Translations under genes and position numbers: made by a program | The notes under the pieces: generated by a model | Told to the model about the DNA's origin: nothing | Database searches by the model: none | Seen by the model: the letters and a program-made list of their open reading frames with translations, nothing else | In this document: one piece after another, positions 1 through 10,095 of the stretch | Position numbering within the stretch: position 1 is the stretch's first letter | Layout of the letters: the number at the start of each line of letters is the position of its first letter | From: Armatimonadota bacterium | GTDB taxonomy: Bacteria; Armatimonadota; UBA5829; DTLH01 | Length of the DNA stretch: 51,115 nucleotides | Assembly: GCA_039680575.1 (NCBI GenBank) | Contig: JBDKSP010000085.1 | Span: forward strand, 1 to 51,115 | Direction: 5' to 3'

Positions 1-30
1 TATATTGGTTGTTGCCGAAAATCTTCCGGA

Positions 31-425
31 AGAGTTTCAGGTGTAAGTGTAAAATCAACAGATAAAGCTACATCAGAGAACTGTTTATATAACTTTTGGC
101 TGTTACTTTATCTCCTGAAACTCTGTAGGTGTTGCAGCCGTTCGGTGTCTTGTGAAATATTGACAACCTGTGTTGTGCCGGAAATATATTGGCCACATAT
201 TGGTCTGTAAGGAGTATTTGGTATTCGTTGTCTTCTTTATGATACCTCGTAGTATAGTTTTAGCCTGCTACAGAGTTTTGGCAGTTGATGTGATAAGTAA
301 GCAATAGCGTTTTAGCCAAAAACTCTTTTGGAAGAGTTTCGGGCGCTGATCCAGGATTAAGGTCCTGTTTCTGATCGCAGTCTTCTCAGTAGGATGAGGA
401 CTTGTAACATCATTACCCGAAACTC
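31..425. repeat. Cluster of three short units with shared AGAGTTT...AAACTCT inverted termini (MITE-like)
   Basis: agagtttcagg 31-41 / cctgaaactct 114-124; agagttttggc from 272 / gccaaaaactct to 326; gagtttcggg 334-343 / cccgaaactc 416-425. The 272-326 unit recurs inverted at 35180-35233. Confidence 0.7.
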
Positions 426-467
426 AGTGTAAAGCCCGGAAGACATTTTGGCGATACTAATATCAGA

Positions 468-1622
468 ATGAAAATTGCCATGCTTGGGACAAAAGGCATC
501 CCCGCCACGTGGGGAGGCGTAGAGCGGCATGTTGAAGAGATCGCGACCCGGTTCGTTAAGATGGGACACGACGTTACGGTATATTGTCGTCCGTATTACA
601 CGACTACGAATGAAGAGTTCTATAAAGGCGTGCGTCTCAAAGTGCTGCCCACAATCCAAAGCAAGAACTACGATGCAATAACTCATACTTTCATCGCCAC
701 AATGCATCTTTTGATGAAAGATTATGACATAGTCCACTACCATGCGCTCGGCCCGGCGACGATGTCTTTGATACCGCGACTTGTAGGAAAAAAGACAGTC
801 GCCACAGTCCATGGACTGGATTGGCAGCGTGAAAAGTGGGGAGGATTCGCCAAATACTATCTAAGACTTGGTGAACGCGCCGCAGCGGTATTTCCTCATG
901 CTACCGTAGCCGTCTCGAAGTATCTGAAAGAATACCTGGAGACGGGGTATAAACGCAATATTTATTATATTCCAAGCGGTGTAATCGAACCGGAGTTCCT
1001 GCTTCCTTCCATTATCCGCTCATACGGCCTCGAAGGGGGAGATTACATACTCTTCGTGGCGCGTCTCGTTCCTGAAAAGGGCTGTCATTTTCTTATTGAT
1101 GCATACAACCGGCTCAATACTGACAAAAAACTGGTAATTGCCGGTGGTTCCAGCCACTCGGATTCATATGTCAAGGAGTTGCAGGCTTCTGCGAGCGATA
1201 AGGTCATATTTACAGGTTACGTGCATGGCGCCGAGCTGCAGGAGCTGTTTTCCAACGCTTATTGCTATGTTCAACCATCGACGATAGAGGGACTCGCCAT
1301 AACGTTACTGGAGGCGATATCCTACGGCAGATGTGTTATAACAAGCGATATTCCGCCTAATCTTGAGGCTGCCGAGAATGTCGGACTTATCTTCGAAAAC
1401 AAAAATGTCGATGATCTGGAGCGTGTACTCAGGATGGCGGTAGAGAATCCTGATATGGTCGAGGAATATGGTCAGCGTGCCCGCACGGCTGGAGTCGCCG
1501 AATACGGGTTCGACAGTGTAGCCACAAAGATCGAAAAAGTGTACACCGCGATTGCGGACGGCAAAAAGGGGCAGATCGCTGATCTCGATACGTCCTCTCA
1601 CGAGCCGACAATTCCGGTGTAA
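468..1622 (+). CDS. Glycosyltransferase family 4 (GT-B)
   Basis: N-terminal MKIAMLGTKGIPATWGGVE, ARLVPEKG, and the PSTIEGLAITLLEA ExxxxxxxE motif. Confidence 0.93.
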   Translation: MKIAMLGTKGIPATWGGVERHVEEIATRFVKMGHDVTVYCRPYYTTTNEEFYKGVRLKVLPTIQSKNYDAITHTFIATMHLLMKDYDIVHYHALGPATMSLIPRLVGKKTVATVHGLDWQREKWGGFAKYYLRLGERAAAVFPHATVAVSKYLKEYLETGYKRNIYYIPSGVIEPEFLLPSIIRSYGLEGGDYILFVARLVPEKGCHFLIDAYNRLNTDKKLVIAGGSSHSDSYVKELQASASDKVIFTGYVHGAELQELFSNAYCYVQPSTIEGLAITLLEAISYGRCVITSDIPPNLEAAENVGLIFENKNVDDLERVLRMAVENPDMVEEYGQRARTAGVAEYGFDSVATKIEKVYTAIADGKKGQIADLDTSSHEPTIPV

Positions 1623-1662
1623 TCCGCCGGAAATCTATAGAAATCAGGTAGGTAGTAGATAT

Positions 1663-2604
1663 TTGGAAGGGATTCTAGTAGCCACATACCGCTGTAACGC
1701 GCGGTGCCATATGTGTAATACATGGCAGTTCCCCAGTTCCCCTGAAGATGAGCTTGACATTAAGTATTATGAGCAGCTTCCAAATATGAAGTTCCTCAAT
1801 ATAACAGGCGGAGAACCGTTCATCAGGCAGGATCTGGGAGAAATAGTTCGAATAGTCAAGCCTAAAGCCGATAGGATATGTATAAGCACGAACGGATATT
1901 TTACTGATAGAGTAGTTGCCCTGGCTGAAAAATACCCTGATCTTGGGTTCAGGGTCAGCCTTGAAGGGCTTCCTGCGGCAAACGACGAGCTTCGTGGCAT
2001 CAAAGATGGGTTCGACCACGGGCTCAGGACTATTTTGCAGCTAAGGCGGATGGGTGTAAAAGACATCGGGTTCGGTATCACTGTCTCGGACAGGAACGCA
2101 AAAGACCTGATGGAGCTTTACGAGCTTGCAAACGGGTTGAATGTCGAGTTCGCCACTGCAGTCGTTCATAACGGGTACTATTTCCACAAGGAAGATAATG
2201 CTATCCAGAAGAAGGAAGAGGTATCCGAGTGCTTCAGACAGCTTATCCGCGAGTTTTTTAGGACGAAGCGGCCCAAGAACTGGTTCCGAGCTTATTTCAA
2301 CCACGGGCTTATCAACAAAGTCAACGATGGCAAGAGGTTCCTGCCGTGTGAGATGGGCGCTGATGTTTTTCTGGTAGATCCATTCGGTGAGATTTATCCC
2401 TGCAACGTCCTTCCTGAGAGCATGGGCAATATCAAAGACGGCCCATGGGACAAAGTCTGGAACAGCGCAAGAGCGCAGGAGGTACGTTGTAAAACCCGCA
2501 GCTGTGATAGAGAGTGCTGGATGATCGGAAGCGCCAGTCCTGCAATCAAGAAGCACAAATGGTCCGTGCTCAGGTGGATACTGAAGAATAAGTGGAGCTA
2601 TTAG
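1663..2604 (+). CDS. Radical SAM/SPASM-type protein (probable TTG start at 1663)
   Basis: CNARCHMC (CxxxCxxC), TGGEP, and C-terminal Cys-rich PC...YPC...C..C auxiliary cluster region. Confidence 0.9.
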   Translation: MEGILVATYRCNARCHMCNTWQFPSSPEDELDIKYYEQLPNMKFLNITGGEPFIRQDLGEIVRIVKPKADRICISTNGYFTDRVVALAEKYPDLGFRVSLEGLPAANDELRGIKDGFDHGLRTILQLRRMGVKDIGFGITVSDRNAKDLMELYELANGLNVEFATAVVHNGYYFHKEDNAIQKKEEVSECFRQLIREFFRTKRPKNWFRAYFNHGLINKVNDGKRFLPCEMGADVFLVDPFGEIYPCNVLPESMGNIKDGPWDKVWNSARAQEVRCKTRSCDRECWMIGSASPAIKKHKWSVLRWILKNKWSY

Positions 2605-2640
2605 CGAAAGATCGTTTTTGGTATTATATAGTGAGCAATC

Positions 2641-2670
2641 GGAGCGGCCTTTGAAGGGCTGCTCCTTTTT
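2641..2670 (+). terminator. Intrinsic terminator-like hairpin
   Basis: ggagcggcc-tttgaag-ggctgctcc followed by ttttt. Confidence 0.6.
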
Positions 2671-2681
2671 ATGTGGGGGTT

Positions 2682-3575
2682 ATGATGCGATTATTCAGAG
2701 GCATATTCCAGAAGGTAGATCAACTGCTTACAGGGCGGCGGCCTGTGGACGATGAGTTGTTCGATGAGCTTGAAGAGATCCTGGTGCAGTCCGATATAAG
2801 TATCTATACGGCTACACGGCTTGTTGACGAGCTAAGGGATATGACCCGCCGGGAACGACTGAAGGATACGGATGAGGTCCGTACGAGACTGGAACAACAG
2901 TTGATAAGTATTCTCGAAGTCGGGGGGGATTCCGATCTTGTTGTTTCGCCGGAACCACCAACGGTTTACCTGATGGTCGGTGTTAATGGGGTGGGGAAGA
3001 CAACGACAATATCGAAGTTGGCGTACCGTTTCAAAAAGCAGGGAAAAAAGGTGCTGCTGGCTGCCGCTGATACGTTTCGCGCAGCAGCCATTGACCAGCT
3101 TGAAATATGGGCAGGCCGCGTTGGTGTGGACATAGTGAAGCACCAGCCGGGCGCAGACCCTTCCGCTGTGCTGTTCGATGCGGTGCAGGCCGGTCTGTCT
3201 AGGCATGTTGACTATATAATCGCCGATACAGCCGGAAGGCTCCATACCAAGTCGAACCTGATGGACGAACTGAAAAAAATGTCACGGGTGGTTGAACGGG
3301 GGCTGGGGCGTACGCCGGATGAGACGATACTGGTTCTCGACGCTACCACTGGACAAAATGCGATCAACCAGGCTAAGGAGTTTGTAGCTGCCGTCAAGGC
3401 TACGGGGATCGCGCTAGCGAAGCTGGACGGTACATCGAGAGGCGGGATAGTGATTACCATAAAAGACGAGCTCGGGATACCTATCAAACTCGTAGGGACC
3501 GGCGAGCATCTGGACGATCTCGAAGACTTCGATCCTAAAGAGTTCGTCAAAGCGCTCATAGAAGGCCAAAGCTGA
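2682..3575 (+). CDS. ftsY: Signal recognition particle receptor FtsY
   Basis: [31 protein letters not shown] and GTGE motifs. Confidence 0.97.
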   Translation: MMRLFRGIFQKVDQLLTGRRPVDDELFDELEEILVQSDISIYTATRLVDELRDMTRRERLKDTDEVRTRLEQQLISILEVGGDSDLVVSPEPPTVYLMVGVNGVGKTTTISKLAYRFKKQGKKVLLAAADTFRAAAIDQLEIWAGRVGVDIVKHQPGADPSAVLFDAVQAGLSRHVDYIIADTAGRLHTKSNLMDELKKMSRVVERGLGRTPDETILVLDATTGQNAINQAKEFVAAVKATGIALAKLDGTSRGGIVITIKDELGIPIKLVGTGEHLDDLEDFDPKEFVKALIEGQS

Positions 3576-3749
3576 TAATATTCAACATTTTATGTTAAGC
3601 CTTCTTCTTCGGCATGGAAGAACTTGAGTGGCGGGCCAGTGATATGCGATGGACGCAACTCTGGGCCGCAGCAGGACCGCAAAAACATATACAGCGGTTA
3701 CTGCGGATGGTCTCACACCATGCGAGCCTGGAGGAGGTAGAACGAAAAT

Positions 3750-4136
3750 ATGTTGTGGTTAAGAGGAAAGAAGAGTAAGGGAGGTTTCACCCTGATCGAG
3801 ATCATGATCGTTGTCTTGATTATTGCGATCCTCCTCGCCATCGCGGTCCCGAACTTCCTTAGAGCAAGGGAATCGTCAAGAGCGAAGAGTTGCCAGGGTA
3901 ACCTCAGGCAGATCGAGACTGCCAAAGAGCAGTGGGCTATGGATACAAAAGCGGCAGCAGATGCAGCGCCTACAATGGCTAACCTGACGCCCGACTACAT
4001 CAAGTCTGAGCCAGCATGCCCGTCGAACGGTTCATACACAACTGCACCAGGAACTATCGGCGATATGTCGACAAGCCCGGCTTGCAGCTTAGGTGTACAA
4101 ACCGCTGGTGATTATGACGATCACGTTCTGCCGTAA
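3750..4136 (+). CDS. Type IV pilin / pseudopilin-like protein
   Basis: Class III signal G|FTLIEIMIVV, AVPNFLRAR, strong GGAGG RBS. Confidence 0.92.
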   Translation: MLWLRGKKSKGGFTLIEIMIVVLIIAILLAIAVPNFLRARESSRAKSCQGNLRQIETAKEQWAMDTKAAADAAPTMANLTPDYIKSEPACPSNGSYTTAPGTIGDMSTSPACSLGVQTAGDYDDHVLP

Positions 4137-4153
4137 ATTATTCAGGTAGTAGT

Positions 4154-4196
4154 AGCCCTGGGTAGCAGATATACCTGCCGCCCAGGGCTGTTTGTT
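4154..4196 (+). terminator. Intrinsic terminator after pilin gene
   Basis: agccctggg...cccagggct stem followed by gtttgtt. Confidence 0.65.
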
Positions 4197-4229
4197 CCCC
4201 CCCCCCAATACTTAAGGTATAACCTACTC

Positions 4230-4586
4230 ATGCATACCACAAAGCCTTCTTATAAACGATGCAGATGCTCCGGTTTTACTCTGATTGAAATGATGATTGT
4301 GCTGTTGATTATCAGTGTGCTTTTGATGATCGCAATCCCATCCTACCTGACTGTAAGGAGAAGTTCTCAGGAGCGTTTATGCTGCACACACTTAAGGCAC
4401 TTGCAGGATGCAAAAGAGCGCTGGGCGATGGAGAATAAGAAGGAGAATACGGATACCCCGACATCCGATGAGCTTATTCCCGACTACATAAAGGAAACCC
4501 CGAAATGCCCATGCGGTGGGGAGTATGAGCTTGGAAGTGTGGGCGAGAATGCTGCCTGCACAATCCCGAACCACAAGATCTACTGA
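4230..4586 (+). CDS. Second type IV pilin-like protein, paralog of 3750-4136
   Basis: G|FTLIEMMIV; shares AKE(Q/R)WAM and L-x-PDYIK-xx-P-x-CP with the upstream pilin. Confidence 0.88.
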   Translation: MHTTKPSYKRCRCSGFTLIEMMIVLLIISVLLMIAIPSYLTVRRSSQERLCCTHLRHLQDAKERWAMENKKENTDTPTSDELIPDYIKETPKCPCGGEYELGSVGENAACTIPNHKIY

Positions 4587-5474
4587 TTATCTGACAGCTC
4601 TCGTGCGGAGAAGGTCCTCGTAGTATAGAAATTCCTGCGCCCAACCCGCATATATGCCAAACAATTCCCAAAATACTTGAACAATCTTGTTATAAGCCGC
4701 GGGCGTGATCGTCTTGGCCTTAAGCTCAGGCATAAAGTACCGTACAGCCACCTGCCTGATATGAGTATCGACCGGTACAGCCTCGTCCTTATCCAATGCG
4801 AAAAGGCATATGCAATCGGCGATCTTTGCGCCGATTCCCCTGATGCCCATAAGCTCTGATTTAGCTTCCAAATAGCTTGCATGCCTCAGCGATTCAAGCC
4901 ATCCAGCGGGTCGTGCAATGATCTGCTTTGCGACAGATACGATATTAGCTCCTCGCCAGCCAAGATTACCGACTGCGGAGAGTTCATCGGGGTCTGCTTC
5001 GGCAAGAGACTCTACAGTTGGAAATGAATAATACGCGCGTCCGCCTATTGTCACAATGTAACTGCCGTACCTGCGTGAAAAACGTTCGATTGCGTTCGAT
5101 ATTCTTGGGACGGAATTAGCTGTAGAGCATATATACGAGAGCGTTGTTTCGTATGGGTCCTGCCTGACGATCCTGAGGCCATTAAACCGGCTTATGAGCT
5201 CACTCATATGTGCGTCAGAGCCGGCCAGATGCGTATATACCGCAGAAACGTCATCCTGCAGGCGGAAATAGTCTGTAAGGAGCTCCAGACCGGCATCTGC
5301 GGGGTAAGTCTCCCAGAGAAAACCTGAATCGGACTCTTTGATCCTTACTAATTTCTCCCGGACCGGGGCAGACCACCAGTTGTCGTCATCAAGCCGCCAC
5401 CTGAATGCCTGTCCGCACGTCAGCGTATAGGCGAGGTTCAAGTATTCTTTTGGATAATCCAGTATTCCGCTCAT
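4587..5474 (-). CDS. 8-oxoguanine DNA glycosylase (OGG1-like, HhH-GPD)
   Basis: TLTCGQAFRW N-terminal motif, GLRIVRQDP, HhH GIGAKIADC, VPVDTH. Confidence 0.92.
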   Translation of the reverse strand: MSGILDYPKEYLNLAYTLTCGQAFRWRLDDDNWWSAPVREKLVRIKESDSGFLWETYPADAGLELLTDYFRLQDDVSAVYTHLAGSDAHMSELISRFNGLRIVRQDPYETTLSYICSTANSVPRISNAIERFSRRYGSYIVTIGGRAYYSFPTVESLAEADPDELSAVGNLGWRGANIVSVAKQIIARPAGWLESLRHASYLEAKSELMGIRGIGAKIADCICLFALDKDEAVPVDTHIRQVAVRYFMPELKAKTITPAAYNKIVQVFWELFGIYAGWAQEFLYYEDLLRTRAVR

Positions 5475-5511
5475 TTTATTGTTTTTAATATAGCTGATAT
5501 AAATAGTCCAT

Positions 5512-5703
5512 AGTTGATGATTAAAGCATCATTCCGAACTACCACAACGTCATTCCGAGCTTGACTCGGAATCCAGGAAAAGAATGGACCCTGAATCAAG
5601 TTCAGGGTGACGTGTTGGTTATTCAGGGTGACGTGTTGGTTATTCAGGGTGACATGCTTCCATCCATGATGACGCTCTTGGCGTTCAGGGTGACAGTTAT
5701 ATT
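5512..5703 (-). repeat. Composite palindromic (REP-like) element, copy 1, with internal 21-bp tandem duplication
   Basis: Hairpins attccgag-cttga-ctcggaat and accctgaa-tcaag-ttcagggt; ttcagggtgacgtgttggtta at 5601-5621 and 5622-5642; matches the copies at 23.6, 29.8 and 35.3 kb. Confidence 0.85.
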
Positions 5704-5744
5704 CCCTTTTCTTCCTTTCTCCCTTTCGTGCTTTCGTGATAGAT

Positions 5745-5786
5745 AAAAACACGAGGGGTCAGCCCTGAAGTGGGAGACCCCTCGTG
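5745..5786 (-). terminator. Intrinsic terminator of the rho-DUF151 transcript
   Basis: cacgaggggtc 5750-5760 / gacccctcgtg 5776-5786, with an A-run to the left (U-tract on minus). Confidence 0.75.
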
Positions 5787-5811
5787 AATATTCTGATCTA
5801 AGCCGGAAATA

Positions 5812-6342
5812 TTATTCCTCGTACATAGCTGCCTGTTCGAGCACGGCTTCGGCCATAAAAATCGGAGCTTTTGCCCTGAGTCCCAAAGCTATCGCATCGC
5901 TCGGCCTGGAATCTATCTCCATAGTATTGCCGTTCATCGAGATATGGACTTTGGCGTAATAGGTCTCATTCCAGAGATCGTCTATTACAATCCGTTCTAT
6001 AGTGCCTCCAAGCCTGGCGATGATGTTTTTCATCAGATCATGGGTCATAGGGCGGTCCGCGGACGCTCCTTCAAGCGCTACCGATATGGAAAACGCCTCT
6101 GGCCTGCCGATCCATATGATTACCGACCTGCTTCGGGCATCTCGAAGCAGTACGAAAGCGAGCGGCTGTGCAGTAGTGGCATCCTGATGCTCATAGACGC
6201 CGACTACAGTTACTTCTTTCTCTTCCAGGTCGCGCACTTCAGACAGTTCGTCTTCCGGCAGTTCGCCGAAATCCGGTATACCATCCGGCGGAATCCCCTC
6301 ATCCGGCTTTTCGTTTTCCTCGAAATTTGGGTCCTGTTCCAC
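5812..6342 (-). CDS. Bifunctional nuclease family protein (DUF151)
   Basis: IWIGRPEA, RPMTHDL, IDSRPSDAIALGLR. Confidence 0.92.
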   Translation of the reverse strand: MEQDPNFEENEKPDEGIPPDGIPDFGELPEDELSEVRDLEEKEVTVVGVYEHQDATTAQPLAFVLLRDARSRSVIIWIGRPEAFSISVALEGASADRPMTHDLMKNIIARLGGTIERIVIDDLWNETYYAKVHISMNGNTMEIDSRPSDAIALGLRAKAPIFMAEAVLEQAAMYEE

Positions 6343-6400
6343 GGTACCGTATCCCTTCGTTATTAGCTATCAAGTCCAATTTACCCTGCCGCCGCTGGGC

Positions 6401-7672
6401 CTAATCCATATCTGTAGATTTGAGTGTTTTATCTACGATCTTAAGGAAGTCTCTATTGGTCTTGGTATGGCGCAACCGGTCGATCAGAAGCTCTGTGGCT
6501 TCGACTGATCCGAGAGCCGCCAGCAGCCGGTGCAGCTGCCATACTCTTTTGAGCGTATCCTCATCATACAGAAGCTCATCATGGCGGGTCCCTGACCGTT
6601 TGATGTCTATGGCTGGGAACAGCCTTCGCTCCGCGATATTTCTGTCGAGAACAAGCTCCATATTGCCTGTAGCTTTGAATTCCTCGAAAATCGCATCATC
6701 CATCCGGCTGCCTGTCTCAACAAGCGCTGTCCCTATTACGGTCAAACTGCCGCCTTCTTCTATATTACGAGCAGCTCCAATAAAACGTTTCGGGCGGTAG
6801 AGGGCTGAAGGGTCGAGTCCTCCTGAGAGTGTTCGTCCGCTTGGTGTTACCGTAAGGTTGGAAGCTCTCGATAGTCTTGTTATACTATCGAGCAGCACCA
6901 CTACATCTTTGCCGGATTCCACGAGCCTTTTTGCCTTCTCGAGCACGATGTCCGCGACCCGCATGTGGTTTTCGGGAAGTTCGTCGAATGTGGAGCTTAC
7001 TACTTCACCGTTTACAGACCGGCGAATATCCGTTACTTCTTCAGGTCTTTCATCGATGAGGAGAACAATCAGGTAGACATCGGGGTGGTTTTTAGTTACG
7101 CTGTTTGCTATGGTTTTCAGAAGGGTTGTTTTTCCTGCTTTAGGCGGTGCGACGATAAGTCCTCGCTGCCCTTTCCCTATCGGCGCTATCAAATCAACAA
7201 ACCGCGCCGAAATATTCTCTGGTACCGTTTCCAGGACCAGCCTTTCGTTGGGGTAGATCGGCGTAAGGTCATCGAAGTGCTTTCTGCTTCTTGCCGCATC
7301 AGGATCAGCCCCGTTTACGGCCTTTACCCTCAGAAGGCTGTAATACTTCTCACTGTCCTTGGGTGGACGCACCTCTCCTGAGACTGTATCGCCTGTTTTC
7401 AACGCGAATCTCTTTATCTGGGATTGAGAAACATACACATCCGTAGGGGAGGGTGAAAAATTATTGTGCCGGAGAAAGCCCCATCCGTCTGGAAGTATTT
7501 CGAGTAAGCCTTGATCGAATATCAAGCCACTCTGCTCGGTCACGGTAGCGAGGATTTTGAACACAAGGTCCTGTTTTTTCTGAAATCCGTCCTCGATCCC
7601 AAGTTCTTTCGCGATCTCTTGGAGTTCCTCGAATGTTTTTCTCTCCAAATCTGCAAGTTCAAGTTGATCCAC
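6401..7672 (-). CDS. rho: Transcription termination factor Rho
   Basis: DGWGFLR, DVYVSQSQI, APPKAGKT, LIDERPEEVTD, SGTRHDELL. Confidence 0.98.
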   Translation of the reverse strand: MDQLELADLERKTFEELQEIAKELGIEDGFQKKQDLVFKILATVTEQSGLIFDQGLLEILPDGWGFLRHNNFSPSPTDVYVSQSQIKRFALKTGDTVSGEVRPPKDSEKYYSLLRVKAVNGADPDAARSRKHFDDLTPIYPNERLVLETVPENISARFVDLIAPIGKGQRGLIVAPPKAGKTTLLKTIANSVTKNHPDVYLIVLLIDERPEEVTDIRRSVNGEVVSSTFDELPENHMRVADIVLEKAKRLVESGKDVVVLLDSITRLSRASNLTVTPSGRTLSGGLDPSALYRPKRFIGAARNIEEGGSLTVIGTALVETGSRMDDAIFEEFKATGNMELVLDRNIAERRLFPAIDIKRSGTRHDELLYDEDTLKRVWQLHRLLAALGSVEATELLIDRLRHTKTNRDFLKIVDKTLKSTDMD

Positions 7673-7949
7673 GTTTACTCACCTCATCATGGGCATAATC
7701 TGCCATGGGTAATAAAGAATAGCTGCAACAGGCACTCTGGCTGGGCAATAAACTTGCAAGGAAGAGTTTGCACGACACTTGAGGAGCGCCTGTGCTGGTT
7801 GAAGTTTAGAATGATGGCTAAAGAAGCTGTGGCCGCCACTTTCCCGGCCGGTTGAGGTCTTCTTATGGCTCCATCGGGTATTATACAGCGGATGCTGCAG
7901 AATGTCTAGTGCAGCATCCAAATATTTTACAATTTACATCAATATACGA

Positions 7950-8519
7950 CTATCCGCCGCCGTAAACTTCCGGCTTCAAGACCCCGATGAACGGCAGGCT
8001 TCTATATCTGCCGTCATAATCGAGCCCGTAGCCGACTACATATCTATCTTCCACTATGAACCCGTAATAATCTATACCTACATCAACAGCCCTTCTACTT
8101 GGCTTGTCGAGCAGCGTACAGACTTTCACGCTTGCCGCTTTTCTAGACCGAAGGTTCTCAACTATGTAGCTGAGCCGCAGGGTCCAGCCTGTATCCACTA
8201 TATCTTCGACAACAAGCACATGCTTGCTTTCGATGCTGGAATCAAGGTCTTTCAAAAGCCTCACTACACCGGATGATCTCGTATCAGCCCCGTAACTTGA
8301 GATCGCTACGAAGTCATAGTCTACAGGAATAGTTATATACCTCACGAGGTCAGCCAGAAATATTGCGGCTCCCTTCAATATACCCACTAAAACGAGTTCT
8401 TTACCCTCGTAATCTTTCGATATCTGCTCGCCCAGAGCTTTGACTCTCTCCTGGATACTATCCTCTGGGATCAATATCTGTGCGAGGTCACCGACCAATG
8501 GATTTTTGGTTTGTCCCAT
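7950..8519 (-). CDS. hpt: Hypoxanthine phosphoribosyltransferase
   Basis: LKGA, VLVVEDIVDTG PRPP motif, VVGYGLDY. Confidence 0.96.
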   Translation of the reverse strand: MGQTKNPLVGDLAQILIPEDSIQERVKALGEQISKDYEGKELVLVGILKGAAIFLADLVRYITIPVDYDFVAISSYGADTRSSGVVRLLKDLDSSIESKHVLVVEDIVDTGWTLRLSYIVENLRSRKAASVKVCTLLDKPSRRAVDVGIDYYGFIVEDRYVVGYGLDYDGRYRSLPFIGVLKPEVYGGG

Positions 8520-8529
8520 TGTGATTAAA

Positions 8530-10095
8530 TCACTCCCACTCTATAGTCGCTGGCGGTTTGGAGCTGACATCATAAACAAGCCTGTTGACGCCCTGGACTT
8601 CGTTTATCACACGGTTACTGATCCTTTCCAGGACTTCCCAGGGAAGTCTCGCCCAATCTGCCGTCATTGCATCTTCACTTGTTACCGCTCTAAGTACGAT
8701 CGGATATGCATAAGTCCTCTGGTCCCCCATAACACCAACGCTTTTAATCGGAGCCAGAATGGCAAACGCCTGCCAGCATGTCTTGTAAAGACCGGCGCGT
8801 TTGATTTCCTCTGCTACGATAGCATCGGCATTTCTTAAGGTCTCCAACCGATCCTTTGTAACTTCACCTATAATTCGTATTGCAAGCCCGGGGCCGGGGA
8901 ACGGCTGCCGCCAGACTATATCAGTCGGTAATTCCAGTTCCTCCGCAACACGCCTTACCTCATCTTTGAAAAGGAACCTGAGCGGTTCGACCAGCTTAAG
9001 GTTCATATTCTCAGGGAGCCCACCCACGTTGTGGTGGGTCTTGATCTTCGCTGCCTGCCTGGTCCCGCTCTCGATTACGTCAGGATAGAGCGTGCCTTGA
9101 GCCAGAAAGTCCACTTTCGCGAGCTTCGTCGCTTCTTCCTCGAAAACCCTGATGAACTCTTCTCCGATGATCTTTCTCTTCTGCTCAGGATCCGTTACGC
9201 CTGCAAGACGCGCGAGGAACCTTTCTTCGGCATCTATATAGATCAGCTTTATCTTGAAGTTTTCCGCGAATGTCTCTCTGACATTTTCCGCTTCACCCTT
9301 ACGGAGCAGGCCATGGTTTACGAATATGCATGTAAGCTGGTCGCCGATGGCTCTGTGAACCAGCGCCGCTACGGTAGCTGAATCGATTCCGCCTGAAAGA
9401 GCGCAGAGGACCGATTTATCTCCGATCTGTCTCTTGATCTGGTCGCAGGAGAGCTTGACGAAAGACTCCATCGTCCAGAGTCCCTGGCAGCCGCAGCCGC
9501 TGTAAAGGAAGTTGCGGATGATTTCAATTCCCCAGGGGGTGTGGACTACTTCAGGGTGAAACTGGACTCCATAGAGTCTCTTTTCGCGGTTAGCCATGGC
9601 TGCAACCGGCGAGTTTGCCGTGCGCGCAGTTACCTTAAAGCCTGGTGGAGGACTCTGAACGGCATCACCGTGGCTCATCCAGCAGATGAGCTGCGGGTTG
9701 AGTCCGGCGAACAGGTCAGCATTGTCTACGACATCGAGTTCGGTCTTGCCATATTCTCTTCTGTCACCGGGGACAACGCCGCCGCCGAGCTGATATGACA
9801 TCAACTGCATCCCGTAGCAGATGCCGAGAATCGGAATTCTCAGGTCGTAAAGCCTTGGGTCGCAAGTCGGAGCGCCCTCTTCATAGACGCTGGAGGGACC
9901 GCCGGAGAATATAATGCCTACCGGCTGCCTTCTGACTATCTCCTCGACCGGAGTGTCATACGGCATAATCTCGCAGTAGACTTTGCACTCACGCACGCGC
10001 CGCGCTATCAACTGGCTGTACTGCGCGCCGAAGTCCAGCACGATCACGAGCTGTTTGGTAGCTTGTTTTGTGGAAATATTAGCTTTCGGCGTCAT
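8530..10095 (-). CDS. guaA: GMP synthase (glutamine-hydrolysing)
   Basis: [36 protein letters not shown] overlaps the upstream stop (ATGA). Confidence 0.98.
   Translation of the reverse strand: MTPKANISTKQATKQLVIVLDFGAQYSQLIARRVRECKVYCEIMPYDTPVEEIVRRQPVGIIFSGGPSSVYEEGAPTCDPRLYDLRIPILGICYGMQLMSYQLGGGVVPGDRREYGKTELDVVDNADLFAGLNPQLICWMSHGDAVQSPPPGFKVTARTANSPVAAMANREKRLYGVQFHPEVVHTPWGIEIIRNFLYSGCGCQGLWTMESFVKLSCDQIKRQIGDKSVLCALSGGIDSATVAALVHRAIGDQLTCIFVNHGLLRKGEAENVRETFAENFKIKLIYIDAEERFLARLAGVTDPEQKRKIIGEEFIRVFEEEATKLAKVDFLAQGTLYPDVIESGTRQAAKIKTHHNVGGLPENMNLKLVEPLRFLFKDEVRRVAEELELPTDIVWRQPFPGPGLAIRIIGEVTKDRLETLRNADAIVAEEIKRAGLYKTCWQAFAILAPIKSVGVMGDQRTYAYPIVLRAVTSEDAMTADWARLPWEVLERISNRVINEVQGVNRLVYDVSSKPPATIEWE

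Noticed and set aside
1552..1662. Extended N-terminus of the radical SAM ORF overlapping the glycosyltransferase
   Set aside because: TTG at 1663 gives a normal distance to CxxxCxxC and removes the overlap
3640..3705. Canonical c-di-GMP-I riboswitch call
   Set aside because: GGACGCAA is present, but the GGCAAA / GNRA P2 hairpin and tetraloop receptor are missing
4197..4206. Poly-C tract as a phase-variation switch for pilin 2
   Set aside because: Intergenic, next to the terminator, and no evidence of length variation from one sequence
5601..5653. 21-bp tandem repeats as a CRISPR array
   Set aside because: Units are identical with no unique spacers, there are no cas genes, and they belong to the dispersed palindromic element
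5471..5752. 93-aa ORF with HVTLNNQ repeats (and 5561-5746 on the plus strand)
   Set aside because: Translation of the repeat element; no coding signal
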